Below, one piece after another: positions 48,401 through 61,156 of a stretch of DNA of 64,000 nucleotides. Every line of letters begins with the position of its first letter. Positions within the stretch are counted from its first letter, which is position 1. Location: the NCBI GenBank assembly GCA_043228905.1, contig JBHGNT010000011.1, forward strand, positions 17,608,001 through 17,672,000, in the 5' to 3' direction. The stretch comes from Azolla caroliniana (lineage: Eukaryota; Plantae; Polypodiophyta). The position numbers were made by a program, and so were the translations under genes. The notes under the pieces were generated by a model that saw only the letters and a list, made by a program, of their open reading frames with translations, did no database searches and was not told the DNA's origin.

Positions 48401-50318
48401 CCTCTTCTACAGTTTGTGTGTGTGTTTTGGTTATGGTTTCCCAAAGTCTCTCAAAATAATAATAATGCGGCAGCTTCTCTATTTTCCTAGCCCGGCCCAT
48501 ATGTATGTATAATGTATACATACATTATAATACATACATATATATACATATATACGGTTCGGTCACCGGATCTGTTGGACTGCAACCGATTTCACTCGTT
48601 TGCCACACACTATTCGTGGAGTTCTTTCTTTTTGCTGCACATGTTCTCGCTATTCTCAGAGATGCCTCAATGCCCAAGTTATAACATACAATGACACAAA
48701 CATTGCGACTTTACATCAAGTGTAACGGGCCCTTTTCTGAATAGAAGTGCTACTTTGTGCAATCTCAAGGTGGAATCGAAAGATCATGTTTAGCATTGTA
48801 CTGTTTCTTCTAAAATAACGGGGAAATACCCATTGCCTCTTCGTACAAAGGTTGCGCTCAAGCCACAATTTCATGGAACCAACAGTGCTTGAGGTTTTTC
48901 TTGTTGCAAATAAAGAGATATATAGAGAAGTTGAAAGACGTCAAGATGGTTAAAGAACCACATTAGCAGAGAAACCTTATAACATTATTTCCCATTGTAA
49001 GTCAACCAACATGACATTCTAAAGAAGTTTAGTTGATCAAGTAATAACAATTTATCTTGCACATAGGCCAGATGTCATCCTTGTCATCGAGAAATCGAGA
49101 CCATTATAATCCACCACCAAAGTTGCTTCCATTGCTCCGAAGGGTGCTCCACATAAGAGTAGGCCATGTTGAGAGATCTTCTAAATCCAGAAGCTTTAGT
49201 CCATCTAAGATCTTGAGTCACAAGTAACAATGTTATGTGCTTAGCTAATAGGAATATGCACATTTTCTCCAAAAAATGTAGTGTGTGTGCATTATGGATA
49301 ACCAAGGTGTTTTGGGAAGTTCTATTAATCTATTTAGATTTATTGTTCTCCAAGATGAGGCAAATTTTTCAAATTTAATCTACCACTTGACCTCAAAGGC
49401 CCTTTTGATCTCTTGAGAGATGTTAATGTCTTTCTTTCTTGAGCGTCCGATGTTTGGGAGGTGTTTGAGGTTCCATGTTCGTGGACATGATGATGCCTCT
49501 TGCACCCATGATTTTGAAATCTCAATACTAGCTTCCACACCTTACACAATATTTAGGAGATTCATATTCTTATCTTTTTGTAATACATTCTGATATTCAC
49601 CATTCCATTATGCATTTCTTGTTACGAAGGCGCTCGGGCTCTTCTATGTGCCCAACGGATCGTGATATGCTGGATTGTTTAGTGCTCAAGACAGAAAAGG
49701 AAGGGGGAAGGAGACTTACCTCTGTGTAGCAAACCAAAAGCTCCTATTCCATTAACGCGGAGCTCAACTTGCTCTCATCTGTTTTTTGTTTTTTGTTTTT
49801 TGTTCTTACTTCTCTCACTCTTACAACTTACTACTCTTACTTTTTACCTAAGTTATAAGTGACTTATATATGCAGCTAATTAGTTGTGAGTAGCTAAATA
49901 GTTATGGATAGCTAAATAGTTGTTTCACCTTTTATGTCCACTAGTAGCTAATTTCCTAATAGCTACTATAGAGGATCTCACTTACCAATATCTATCACAT
50001 ACCTTTGTTGAGCTTGTTTCTCAACACTCCCCCTCAATCTCAACTTATCCTTTCTTGAGGTCATCTGTAGTCTTCTTTTCTTCATGCTTTTCAGCTATCA
50101 TACCAATGCTTATAACTCTAATCATGTCTCTAAATTGTGTATGTTTTTCCATGCTCAATCCCTTCGTAAGAATATCAGCCATTTGTTGATTTCTACTTAC
50201 ATACAACAAATCCACTTCTCCATCAATCACTTTTTCTCTAACAAAGTGATAATGCACTTCAATGTGCTTTGTTCTTGCATGGTACACTGGGTTTTTTGCG
50301 AGCTAAATGTTGCTCATA

Positions 50319-53300
50319 TGTTGGAGACAAAGTCGTCTGTGCGGAAGATCAAGAAGCATTCGATTGCTGTTGAGTACCTGCGTATGACAGTTTGTAGGTC
50401 GTTGCACAGAGAGAGAGAGAGAGAGAGACAGAGAGGCACGAAAGACTTTCTCTTATTCCATAAAGCAATAATACAACACCCAACCTTACAAAGAGGTTAC
50501 AAGGTCACTATATATAGTGACCGACTTAGGGCAACTACCCTTTATGCTAATTACATAAATGGCCAAAACGGGATAGTGTGAATACGTCCATTATACACAT
50601 GTATTCGACACTCCCCCGTAATGGGCGTATACATGGGTTATCTAAGATTACAGGTATAGACTTAGGTTCTCGGACATATCAGCTTTGTTCGGATCGGCAG
50701 GGTCCGAAGGCAGAAGACCGAACTGGTCGGGTCAGAACAGTTGAAGCCGATCATTAAGGAACTGATGTCGGTTGTCGGGAACCATCCTGCTCTGTGTCCG
50801 GCTCTAACCGGACTGGTTTGTCGTTACGCCCATCTGATGCCGAAGAGACCGAAAACGGTCTGCCGAAAGACACTTGGTCATTCCATCTGCGACATTGTCG
50901 GTTGTGGATATTTTCTCTAGACCGATTTTCCCTGAAATGACGCAGTCCCGAACGAAGTGATATCGAACGTCGATATGTTTGGAGGCGTTGTGGTGAACCG
51001 GATTTTTCGACAAGGCAACAGCACCTTGACTGTCGCTGTAGACAACTGGAGCCGAGTCATGGTCGACTTGTCGAAACGTGTGCGCCAGCCGACCGAGCCA
51101 CAAAGCTTCTTTTGCTGCGTCGGACGCAGCTACATATTCTGCTTCGGTCGTTGAGGTCGCTGTGCACTCCTGAAGTTTCGACTTCCACGAGATTGCTCCA
51201 TTGCCGAATTTGAAGCAGTATCCGGTTGTTGATTTCCGACTGTCTATACAGCCGGCGAAGTCCGAGTCGGTGTAACCGACTACGCCTGAGGTTCGGTTCG
51301 GACCGAAAAGAATGCCGTGGTCTTTTGTGCCAGCCAGATATCTGAACACATGCTTGACTGCGTTCCAATGCGATCGGCCAGGATTGTGCATAAATCTGCT
51401 AACGACTCCTACGGCGTGAGAAATATCAGGCCGTGTCGCGACCATCAGGTACATAAGGGAGCCGACTGCCGGTGCATACGGTACCGACTTCATATCTTCC
51501 CCCTCCGGACCGGATGTCGGGCAGTCTCGCTGAGAGAGCCGAAGATTCATGGGGAGCGGGGTTGAAGCAGATTTGGCTGATTGCATGTTGAAGCGTTCTA
51601 AGACACGTCGGGTATAGTCGGTCTGAGACAAAAAAAGATGTTGTTTATCGCGATGCCGACTAATCTTCATGCCAAGGATGTGTCGTGCCGGACCGAGGTC
51701 CTTCATGGCAAACTTCAACCGCAATTGCCGAATGAGATCGGCAAGTTCGCCCGCGTGGCGTCCAGAAATTAGCATGTCGTCCACGTAAATGATGAGGAAG
51801 ATGGGTGATCCATCTTGAGCTGTGTTGGTAAAGAGACAATGGTCCTCATCGCTTTTTGAGAAGCCGATCGATTGGATGAAGTCGTCGAACTTCTTGTACC
51901 ATTGTCGCGGTGCCTGTTTGAGGCCGTATAGACTCTTCCTGAGTCGGCAGACTAGATGTGCTTGGCCAGTTGCCACGAAGCCTTTTGGCTGCTCCATATA
52001 AATTTCCTCTTCAAGATCACCATGGAGGAATGTTGTTTTGACATCTAGCTGAATCAGCTCCAAGTTGTCGGCTGCCACTACGCCGAGTAGAAAACGGAGG
52101 GTTGTCATTTTCACCACTGGTGAAAAAATCTCGTCGAAGTCGACGCCATATTCTTGTCGGAAGCCCTTCGCAACTAATCTGGCCTTGTACTTTGGGGTGG
52201 TCGAATCAGACGTCTCTTTTAGTCGATAAACCCACTTGCAAGGAAGAGCACGTCGGTTCCTAGGTAATTCAACCAGATCCCAAGTCTTGTTTGCCCGAAT
52301 GGAGTGCATTTCCGACTCCATCGCCAGATGCCAGGTGGCGGAATCGACAGATGTCGATGCTTCTTCGTAAGACGTCGGTTCGCCGGCGTCGGTGAAGAAA
52401 ATTCCAGGAGAATACCTCTCCGGAGGTTGCGACAGTCTCTCGGATCGGCGAGGTAAGATTGGACTGGTCGCATCGGGTATCAAGGTCGGATGGTCCGAAA
52501 GCGGATTGTTCTGTTGTGCCGAGTCGGGGTTGTCCGAGTCGGTAGTGTAAGGTTCAGCTACCCGTGAAGCTGACCGTGTGTTGAGAGCGGGGCCTTCTTG
52601 AAGGGTCGGCACATCGGAAAATGTCACCCTTCGGACTTCGATCGGTTTTTCGACTGATGGATTCATAGCCGACTCGTTGAACACAACGTCCGAACTTCGA
52701 ACGATTTGTCTGCGTTCGGGGTCCCAGAGTCGGTATCCCATTTCGCCGTCGGATCCATATCCAAGGAAAATGCATTTCCTGGACCGAGGTGCAAGTTTTC
52801 GGCGATCATCTTTCGGAATAAGGGCGTACGCCTCGCATCCGAAGATCCTCAGCTTGTCGTAATTCGGCTTACTGCCGATCCATAGTTCCTGAGGAATTTG
52901 AAGTCCTAGAGGTCTACTTGGCGACATATTGATTATGTGTACTGCCGTGAGTAGAGCCTCTGCCCAGAAGCCATCCGACAGTCCGGAGTGTTGGAGCATG
53001 GAAACTGTCCGTTCTTGGATTGTCCGATTCATGCGTTCGGCAATCCCGTTTTGCTCCGGACTGTGTGGTGCCGTAAATTCACGTCGGATGTCGCGTTGTC
53101 GGCAGAATTTGACGAATTCTTCGGATTTAAACTCTCCCCCATTATCTGTCCGAAAGCATTTCAGCTTTCGGTCGGTTTGATTTTCTACCATAGCGAGCCA
53201 ATCGGTGAAGATCGAGAAGACCCGATCTTTGGTGCGAATTGGATAAGCCCACACCTTTCGAGTCGAATCGTCAATAAAAGTAACGAAGTAAGAGGCACCG

Positions 53301-55807
53301 CCGAGAGACTGATGCGGCATTGGGCCACAGACGTCCGAGTGGACCAAATCAAGAGGTCTTGTTTCTCTTGGTGCTGATGTCGGGTGTGATGCGGCTGCTT
53401 GTTTGCCATACTGGCAATGCTCGCAGAATTGATGGTCCGAGAAGGAGAGTTTGGGGATGTATCCGGCTCTAGATAGGTGCGTGATGCCGGCCTTGCTGAG
53501 GTGTCCTAATCTTCGGTGCCATAGTGATGACACAGGAATATCCACCAAAAACAGGTTACCCTCTCTGAGCGTAACATGTAACGGATACAGGGAGTGTATC
53601 TTGGGTCCTCTAGCAAGCAGGAGGTTCCCCCTGTGGAGTGTCCACCCTCCCGAAGAAAAACCGGCACGAATGTCGTCTTCATCTAGTTGTCCGACTGAGA
53701 TCAATGGCCTTGAGAGCTCGGGTACATGTCGGACATTGTGGAGTACAAGTGTAGAGCCACCTGCAAGGTTGAGCTCTACTGTGCCGATTCCGATGATGTC
53801 ACAGTGTTGTGAGTTGCCGACTCGAACTGAGTCGGAGTGACGGATCGTATATTGCCGAAATTGGGATCGATGAGGAGTCACGTGAAATGACGCGCCCGAA
53901 TCTAAGAGCCATGTGCTCGATTCTTCAGTCGTGAGTAGAACTTCTGATCCGACTGGATTTTCGATTGATAGTATATTCGGGTCGTCCGGTAGTACATCAG
54001 CTGAGAAGCTGACGTAATTGATCTCCTCATGCCGGCCACTCTTCTTGTTGTTCTTGTTCTTGAGTGCGCGGCAGTCGGCTTTGATGTGTCCGGGTTTCTT
54101 GCAATAGTTGCAGATTCGGTTATCCCGTGACTGGCTCCGTCTTCGCTGATTGTTCGGCGGCCGTGAGGAATCTCTTCCTCGTATGTTCGATCGGTCTGTC
54201 GAACCTTGTACTACGTAAGCGTCGTCTGTTGAGTCTTTGGCGAAAGACTTTCTCCGAGCTGCTTCGGTCAGGATTGCGCTCGTGACTTCGGAGTATTTAA
54301 CAGCCGTGGTTGACGCGTTGCACACGGTTGTGACGAAAGTTTCCCATGATGAGGGAAGGCTGCTCATGAGTATCATTGCTCTGAGTTCATCCTCGATTGC
54401 CGTCCCCTGTGACGAGATTTGGGAGCTTATGCTTTCGTACTCATTGAGGTGTGCTTGAACCGAATCGGATTCTTTCATCCGCAAGTTGTAGAGGCGCCGG
54501 ATCAGAAACATCTTCGTTGCGGCGACCTTCTTTTCGTAAGTGTCCGACAGTGTTTTCCACAGTTCGAATGCTGTCGTACACGATTGCACCGTAAAGTATA
54601 CCGATTCCGATAGGTGCATCCGAATCGTGGCGCGGACAATTCTGTCCAGCTTCTGCCACTCAATTGGTTTGTATCCTTCTGGAGGTTCTTCATTTTCGAT
54701 GGGATCGATTTGCCCCTTGACTATGAGATAGTCTTGCATTTGCTCCTTCCAGAAGTTGAAGTTCGATCCATCGAACTTTCGTAGACTCATTTCTGACGAG
54801 CCGGATGTTGATGCCATCAAATTTGGTTTCGGTTGACGAAGCTCGGTTCGGAGTTGACTACGAACCTTGTTGGAGTGCAGCTGGTTGGCTCACCCGATAT
54901 CGTTCTAGTCGGATTTGAACCCGAGTCGGTTCGGCTTCGGATATATGTATTGTTGAACTTGCTCGAATTGACTCCGGTAACTTGAGGGACAGAACCGACT
55001 GGTCTTCCCGAATGTTGCCGAGTCGGAGTGAGCCCGGTTCGCTTCGGATATATATGCCGAATACCGATTATTGAAACCGATTATCTGGACCGATTTTGCT
55101 TCGGTTGACTGCAGCAACGAGAGAGACGGATCCAACTGATCCTCCCGAATGTCGATCAGCCAGATGAAGCACGAATTTGGGGTTGTTGTCTTGAGACCGA
55201 TCTGCACCGAGTGGTTACAACGAGCGGCGAGCGGCGTTCAATGAACTTTTCGGATGCCGTTTAACCGAGTGGAGCACGATCGTGTCAATGTTGCACAAGA
55301 GGATTTCACCTCGAGCGTTGCGATCACAAGGAGCGGAGTACAACCGGCTGGCTTACTCCAAGCGAAGATGATCTGACGCGAAGAGATGCAAGCCTCGTTT
55401 CTCTTCTTCTTCTCTCTTCTTCGAATGACGCAGGAAACCGAATGATGTGCAGGCTGAGACGACTGCCGACAGCAGATTGAAGGACCGACTACTGTGCAGG
55501 CTCTGATACCAGATGTTGGAGACAAAGTGGTCTGTGCGGAAGATCAAGAAGCATTCGATTGCTGTTGAGTACCTGCGTATGACAGTTTGTAGGTCGTTGC
55601 ACAGAGAGAGAGAGAGAGAGAGAGACAGAGAGGCACGAAAGACTTTCTCTTATTCCATAAAGCAATAATACAACACCCAACCTTACAAAGAGGTTACAAG
55701 GTCACTATATATAGTGACCGACTTAGGGCAACTACCCTTTATGCTAATTACATAAATGGCCAAAACGGGATAGTGTGAATACGTCCATTATACACATGTA
55801 TTCGACA
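50319..55807 (-). mobile_element. Ty1/copia family 1, copy B, structurally intact
   Basis: LTRs 50319-50610 and 55514-55807 (one substitution plus one GA unit differ); PBS TGGTATCAGAGC 55500-55511; PPT at 50611; TSD imperfect (ATA vs ATATT). Confidence 0.97.
50804..54817 (-). CDS. Intact copia gag-pol polyprotein, 1337 aa from the ATG
   Basis: Uninterrupted ORF with zinc knuckle, DSG protease, integrase, YVDD RT and RNase H. Confidence 0.95.
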   Translation of the reverse strand: MASTSGSSEMSLRKFDGSNFNFWKEQMQDYLIVKGQIDPIENEEPPEGYKPIEWQKLDRIVRATIRMHLSESVYFTVQSCTTAFELWKTLSDTYEKKVAATKMFLIRRLYNLRMKESDSVQAHLNEYESISSQISSQGTAIEDELRAMILMSSLPSSWETFVTTVCNASTTAVKYSEVTSAILTEAARRKSFAKDSTDDAYVVQGSTDRSNIRGRDSSRPPNNQRRRSQSRDNRICNYCKKPGHIKADCRALKNKNNKKSGRHEEINYVSFSADVLPDDPNILSIENPVGSEVLLTTEESSTWLLDSGASFHVTPHRSQFRQYTIRHSDSVRVGNSQHCDIIGIGTVELNLAGGSTLVLHNVRHVPELSRPLISVGQLDEDDIRAGFSSGGWTLHRGNLLLARGPKIHSLYPLHVTLREGNLFLVDIPVSSLWHRRLGHLSKAGITHLSRAGYIPKLSFSDHQFCEHCQYGKQAAASHPTSAPRETRPLDLVHSDVCGPMPHQSLGGASYFVTFIDDSTRKVWAYPIRTKDRVFSIFTDWLAMVENQTDRKLKCFRTDNGGEFKSEEFVKFCRQRDIRREFTAPHSPEQNGIAERMNRTIQERTVSMLQHSGLSDGFWAEALLTAVHIINMSPSRPLGLQIPQELWIGSKPNYDKLRIFGCEAYALIPKDDRRKLAPRSRKCIFLGYGSDGEMGYRLWDPERRQIVRSSDVVFNESAMNPSVEKPIEVRRVTFSDVPTLQEGPALNTRSASRVAEPYTTDSDNPDSAQQNNPLSDHPTLIPDATSPILPRRSERLSQPPERYSPGIFFTDAGEPTSYEEASTSVDSATWHLAMESEMHSIRANKTWDLVELPRNRRALPCKWVYRLKETSDSTTPKYKARLVAKGFRQEYGVDFDEIFSPVVKMTTLRFLLGVVAADNLELIQLDVKTTFLHGDLEEEIYMEQPKGFVATGQAHLVCRLRKSLYGLKQAPRQWYKKFDDFIQSIGFSKSDEDHCLFTNTAQDGSPIFLIIYVDDMLISGRHAGELADLIRQLRLKFAMKDLGPARHILGMKISRHRDKQHLFLSQTDYTRRVLERFNMQSAKSASTPLPMNLRLSQRDCPTSGPEGEDMKSVPYAPAVGSLMYLMVATRPDISHAVGVVSRFMHNPGRSHWNAVKHVFRYLAGTKDHGILFGPNRTSGVVGYTDSDFAGCIDSRKSTTGYCFKFGNGAISWKSKLQECTATSTTEAEYVAASDAAKEALWLGRLAHTFRQVDHDSAPVVYSDSQGAVALSKNPVHHNASKHIDVRYHFVRDCVISGKIGLEKISTTDNVADGMTKCLSADRFRSLRHQMGVTTNQSG

Positions 55808-58800
55808 ATATTGTCACACCAAATTGTGACTGCACCATCTATATATTCTCCCAAATCAGCAAACAATCTTCTTATCCATACCTCTTCACAAGTGGGTATT
55901 GCAGCTCCTCTATATTCAGCTTCAGTACTTGATAATGCAACAATTGCTTGTTTCTTGCTACTCCATGAAATAGCTGCACTTCCCAATGTAAACATATATC
56001 CACTTGTGGATCTTCTATCAGTTTGGCTTCTAGCCCAATCAACATCTGTATATCCTTCCAGCTTTATGTCCAGATCAGTTCTGTAAAACAGTCCATAGTT
56101 CTAAGTAGCTTTTACATACCTCAAGATTCTTCTAATGCAATCCAAGTGTGGCTTTGTTGCCTGTTGCATAAATTGGCTGACTAATCCAACCACATAACTC
56201 AAATCAAGTCTTGTTATAGTCAAATATATGAGGTTGCCCACCATAGACATGTACATGTTTACATCTTCTATTTTGGCTCCCAAATCAACCCTCAATTTGT
56301 AGTTCTTATCCAGTGGTTCTTCAACATATTTGTTGCATACTGTTTTTGCAACATATATATACCACTTTCAAATCTAATCATCTCAATGCCAATAAAGTAT
56401 CTCAGCTCTCCCAAATCCTTCATACGAAATTGCATTTCAAGATTTTTTTTCAGCTTCCTTATTTCATCCATAGAATCACCTTCAATGATTAAATCATCTA
56501 CATAAATCAAATCACAACAATGCAATCATTTATTTGTCTTACACATAATGATGGATCAACCTTTGACATTTTGAAAGCAAATTCTTTTAGAGATTTTGAA
56601 AGTTCTTTATGCCATGCTCTCGGTGCTTGTTTCAGTCCATATAGAGCCTTTTTCAGCCTACATACATATTCTAGATGCTTCTTATCTTCAAAACCTAGTG
56701 GTTGACACATATACACTTCTTCTTCTAAGTTACCATGTAAAAAAACATTTTTTACATCCATATGGTGCAGAACCCATCTTTTGGTTGCACTTACAGCAAG
56801 TAGTGTCCTCAATGTTACCATCTTTGCAACCGGTGCAAATGTTTTATCATAATCAATTCCTTGCATCTAGGCATATCCCTTTGCACAAGTCTTGCTTTAT
56901 GTCTACTAACATTTCCATTTGAATTATGCTTTGTTTTGTAGACCCATTTGCAACCTACAACATTTTTTTCTTTCAGTAACTTCACCAAATCCCATGTTCT
57001 ATTTTCAGCCAATGCATCTATTTCTTCTTGCATTACATTCACCCATTTCTTATCAGATTTTGCTTCATCAAAACTATTTGGATCAGGGATTTGTACCACT
57101 TTAGACATGTATGCATAATGCATAGCCATATATGTGTCATAACCAAATATTTCAACAATCTTTTTCTCTCTATTTGATCTTCTCGGTTTCTGATTTGCAT
57201 CTTTCATTGCCTTTTCCATACCAAGGATTTTCAGGGCTCCTATACCAAGCTCATTATCCAATGATGTATCTGAATCTACATCTTCCATGTTTCTAGATCC
57301 ATCATCAAGCATTTCATATTTTGGCATCTTCTAATTTCCCTTTCTATCATCATATTTTTAGTGTCCTGCATTTTTTCCACTCCAAGCATTAGATTAAGAT
57401 TTACTACTAGAGTTTTTAGATGGTCCAAAACATTCTATTGATGTTGAACTTTGTTGTCCAACATTGTTTCCATTTCCATGGGAATCTCTTCCATTTTCAG
57501 ATTTTTCTTTGTCTTCATTTTCACAGTCTTCATTAGTTTCTACATTTCCTTTTGGGTTGTACCAGCTGCCCAACTCATCACACATTACATCATGGCTTAC
57601 TACAATCTTTTTTGTCAACGGGTTATAAGATCTATACCCTTTTTGCTCCTCTAAATATCCAACAAGAACACATTTTTCAACTTTTAGATCAACCTTACTT
57701 CTTGCTTTAGTAGGTACATGGACATAAGCAAGGCATCCAAACACTTTTAAGTGTCCTAAACTAGGTTTCCTTCCATAGAAACATTCTTCAGGAGTTACTT
57801 CATGTACTCCAGATGTTATATATCTATTTAGAATAAAGTTTGATGTGTTTACAGCTTCTGCCCAGTAATACAATGGCATATTTTATTCAGTCATCATGGC
57901 TCTTGCTATGTTCACCAGAGTTCTGTTTTTCCTCTCAGCCACTCTATTTTGTTGTGGAGTATATCTACATGTAAATTGTCTCCTTATTCCTTGATTGCAT
58001 AGAAAATCAAAAAATTCATTTGAGAAGTATTCTCCTCCTCCATCAGATCTTCAACATTTTATTCTAGTTCCAGCCTACTTTTCTACCATGCATTTAAACT
58101 TACGAAAGCAATCAAAAACTTCATTTTTCTCTTTCATGAAGTAAACCCATGTTTTCCTTGAGTAATCATCAATAAATGTTACATAAAACTTACATCCACT
58201 AATTGATGCATTTTTTGTTGGTCCCCACACATCTGTATGTACCAAATCCAACAAATTTTTGCTTACATGTCTTTCATGAGGGAAAGGCAACCTATTTTGC
58301 TTCCCATATTGACATACATCACATATTTTGCTCATCTCACAATCTTTTAATTTAGGCGGTCCAACCACTACATTTTTCCTCAACATATTTTTCAAGGTTT
58401 GCATACTTATGTGACCGATTCTTTTATTCCACATTTCCACATCTGAGATTACACTCATTCCTTCTGCAAACATGGTTGTAATCTTTTTTGGCATATCCAC
58501 ATCTAACACAAACATTCTTCCTTGACGTTTTCCTTTTGCAATAAATTTTCCTTGTTTCTCTATAAAGCATCCACTTTGCTTAAACTTAACTTGCATTCCT
58601 TGCTCTACTATCTATCCAACAGAAATAAGATTTTTTGCAAGGTTTGGAACATGCATCACATTCAACATATACTTTGCTTTTCCTTTTTCTTCCCACAATG
58701 GGATATCTCCAACATGCTCAATTGTATGAGTTGTGTTATCACTTGTCTGTACATAACCAGGAATATCTGGTTCTCTTAGACTTTTAAACCAATTTGCATG

Positions 58801-59855
58801 TCTTGTCATATGATTAGATGCCCATAATCTACGTACCACATATACTCTTCATTGCATCTCTATGACCATTCAACCATTGCTACTGTTTCATGTTGCATCA
58901 CAAATGCACCATCTTTATCACAATCTTCACTAGTTGAAGCATAGTTATTTTGTTGTCTCTTCTCTCTTTTTTCATCATTTTGCTTTTTATAGCACTCAGC
59001 CAGTGTATGGCCTGGTTTTCCACAATACCAACAACCATCATCATTCAAATAAGTTTTCTTACCTCTTCCTCGATTGCTCCCCCTGCCTCTGATGTTGTTT
59101 CTTCCACTTATATCTTGTTGTCCTCTTCCTTGATTGTTGTTGGTTCTAGCCGAACCAAATCTTCCATGGACTCTTTCTCGGCCTCTTCCAGCACTATTGT
59201 AGAGGGTTTGCCCCTCAATCTAAGAGTTTCCTTTGTTTACGTCATCCATCTGATTTCTTTCTTCCATTACAAGCATTGAGACCAAATCTGAAAAACTTGA
59301 GATGCTATCCCTTGTGAAAATAGATGTTTTGAAGCTTTTATATTGAGGTCCTAAGCGTCTTAAGCATATTTCCACCTTATCATCATCTTCTACCTTCACA
59401 TTAATAGCAATAAGTGATTCACATATGCTCTTTATTTTCAAAACCTACTCATTCACTGACATCTTACCTTTTTCCAAGGTATTTAGCTCAGTCTTCAACT
59501 GAAGCTTTCTAGCCTTTGTGTTCACTGCAAACAGTTTTACCAAACTATCCCAAGCTTCTTTTGGAAGCATAGCATCCTGTATGTGTCCAAGCATCGAATC
59601 TGAGATGCTAAGTGAGAGCCAATGCAATACTTTCCTTGCCCCTTGATTCCATTCCTTAAATGGTTTAATTTGTGCAACAGTTGCATTTTCCTCAGGGATC
59701 TCTGGAGCCTGTTTTAGGTCTCCTTCAATGTAATCCCAGTATCCTTTTCCCATCAGGAAATTTGTCATTCTAAATTTCCACGTAGGGAAATTGTTTTTAT
59801 CTAGCTTTTCTGTGACTATTTGGCTTCCATTCTCAACAACCATTCTCTCTTTCAA
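55808..59855 (-). pseudogene. Copia family 2 gag-pol remnants (RNase H end resumes at 50045-50318)
   Basis: CWYCGKPGHTLAEC, VHTDVWGP, IYVDD, ALSSTEAEY, YHARTKHIEVHYHFVRE; many stops and frameshifts. Confidence 0.92.
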
Positions 59856-61156
59856 TTGGGGCTTTTGCTACGATTAACTTCACAGACAACTCTCTGATTC
59901 AGATCAACAACCAAAACCAAACTTCTCAGATTTGTACTGCTCTCACTTCTTTACGAGCAACTTTGCTCCGATACCATGTTACGAAGGCGCTCCGGCTCTT
60001 CTATGTGCACAACGGATTGTGATGTGCTGGATTGTTTAGTGCTCAAGACAGAAAAGGAAGCGGGAAGGAGACTTACCTCTGTGTAGCAAACCAAAAGCTT
60101 CTATTCCATTACACGCAGAGCTCAACTTGCTCTCGTCTGTTTTCTGTTTTTTGTTCTTACTTCTCTCACTCTTATAACTTACTACTCTTACTTTTTACCT
60201 AAGTTATAAGTGACTTATATATGCAACTAGTTAGCTTTGAATAACTAATTAGTTGTGCATAGCTAAACAATTGTAGATAGCTAAATAGTTGTTTCACCTT
60301 TATGTCCACTAGTAGCTAATTTCCTAATAGCTACTATAGAAGATCTCACTTACCAATATCTATCACGTACCTTTGTTCTTGTTTCTCAACATTTCTCATA
60401 ATAGATAATCCAATGCTTTGTTTCCTTACATGTCTTTGTATCGAAAAAATATTAAAAAAATACAGGTAATGCCATATGTACTTCAACAAATATCATATGA
60501 GTTAATGTGACCATTATTTTTAATCTCATAATGCCCAAGAAATGTTGTCTACAATACTTAACGATATCTCTAGAAGGTATAAACATGTAAGATTAGGGTG
60601 GGTAGGGCAATGGGTTCACATGGGCATATTTAAAACCAATAATTGAGGACTATATACAAGAAAATAAGAGAAAATATACAAATGAATTCACAAACTTCAA
60701 ATTTGGAAAAATCGTTAGTTAATCATGAATTTGTATCTTACAAATGAAATTTTCAAATCGATGTGCATTTAAAGCATACAATTTAACTAGCTTGACTTAA
60801 TAGTATGAAATCATATATGAGAGAAAATGAATCAACAAATCCTAAGCTTAATGTCCTTGAAGAGTTTCCAACAAAACATGCCAACCATGGCATTCAATGG
60901 AGGATTTTTGTTAGTGATCGAACACAATATTTCCATGGAAAGGGGCATTATCAAAATTCCTACATTAAGACCATAATGTAAGTTCTAAGTTTGTGTGGTT
61001 AACATGCTACCATTAGTGAGCTTGTTTTAGCGAGATATTAGATGAATATATTTCCATGAGCGCATGCCTATTCTCATCTAAAAGATATTGAATCCTACAA
61101 TCAACAAATACCATGATCATTGTAGGCTAGAACTAGTTTTAGATCTTACTTGATCG

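Larger units (their letters stand above)
49620..60391 (-). mobile_element. Older Ty1/copia element (family 2), decayed, containing nested copia copy B
   Basis: LTRs 49620-50026 and 59977-60391 with several substitutions and indels; TSD TTTCT; PBS TGGTATCGGAGC 59965-59976; PPT at 50027. Confidence 0.95.

Noticed and set aside
50314-50320. Non-standard 3-bp TSD for copia copy B
   Set aside because: More simply a 5-bp ATATT TSD with two T lost at the junction or an assembly error; copy A has a normal 5-bp TSD.
50957-54731. Antisense and alternate-frame ORFs conserved between the copia copies
   Set aside because: Expected shadows of near-identical GC-rich coding sequence.
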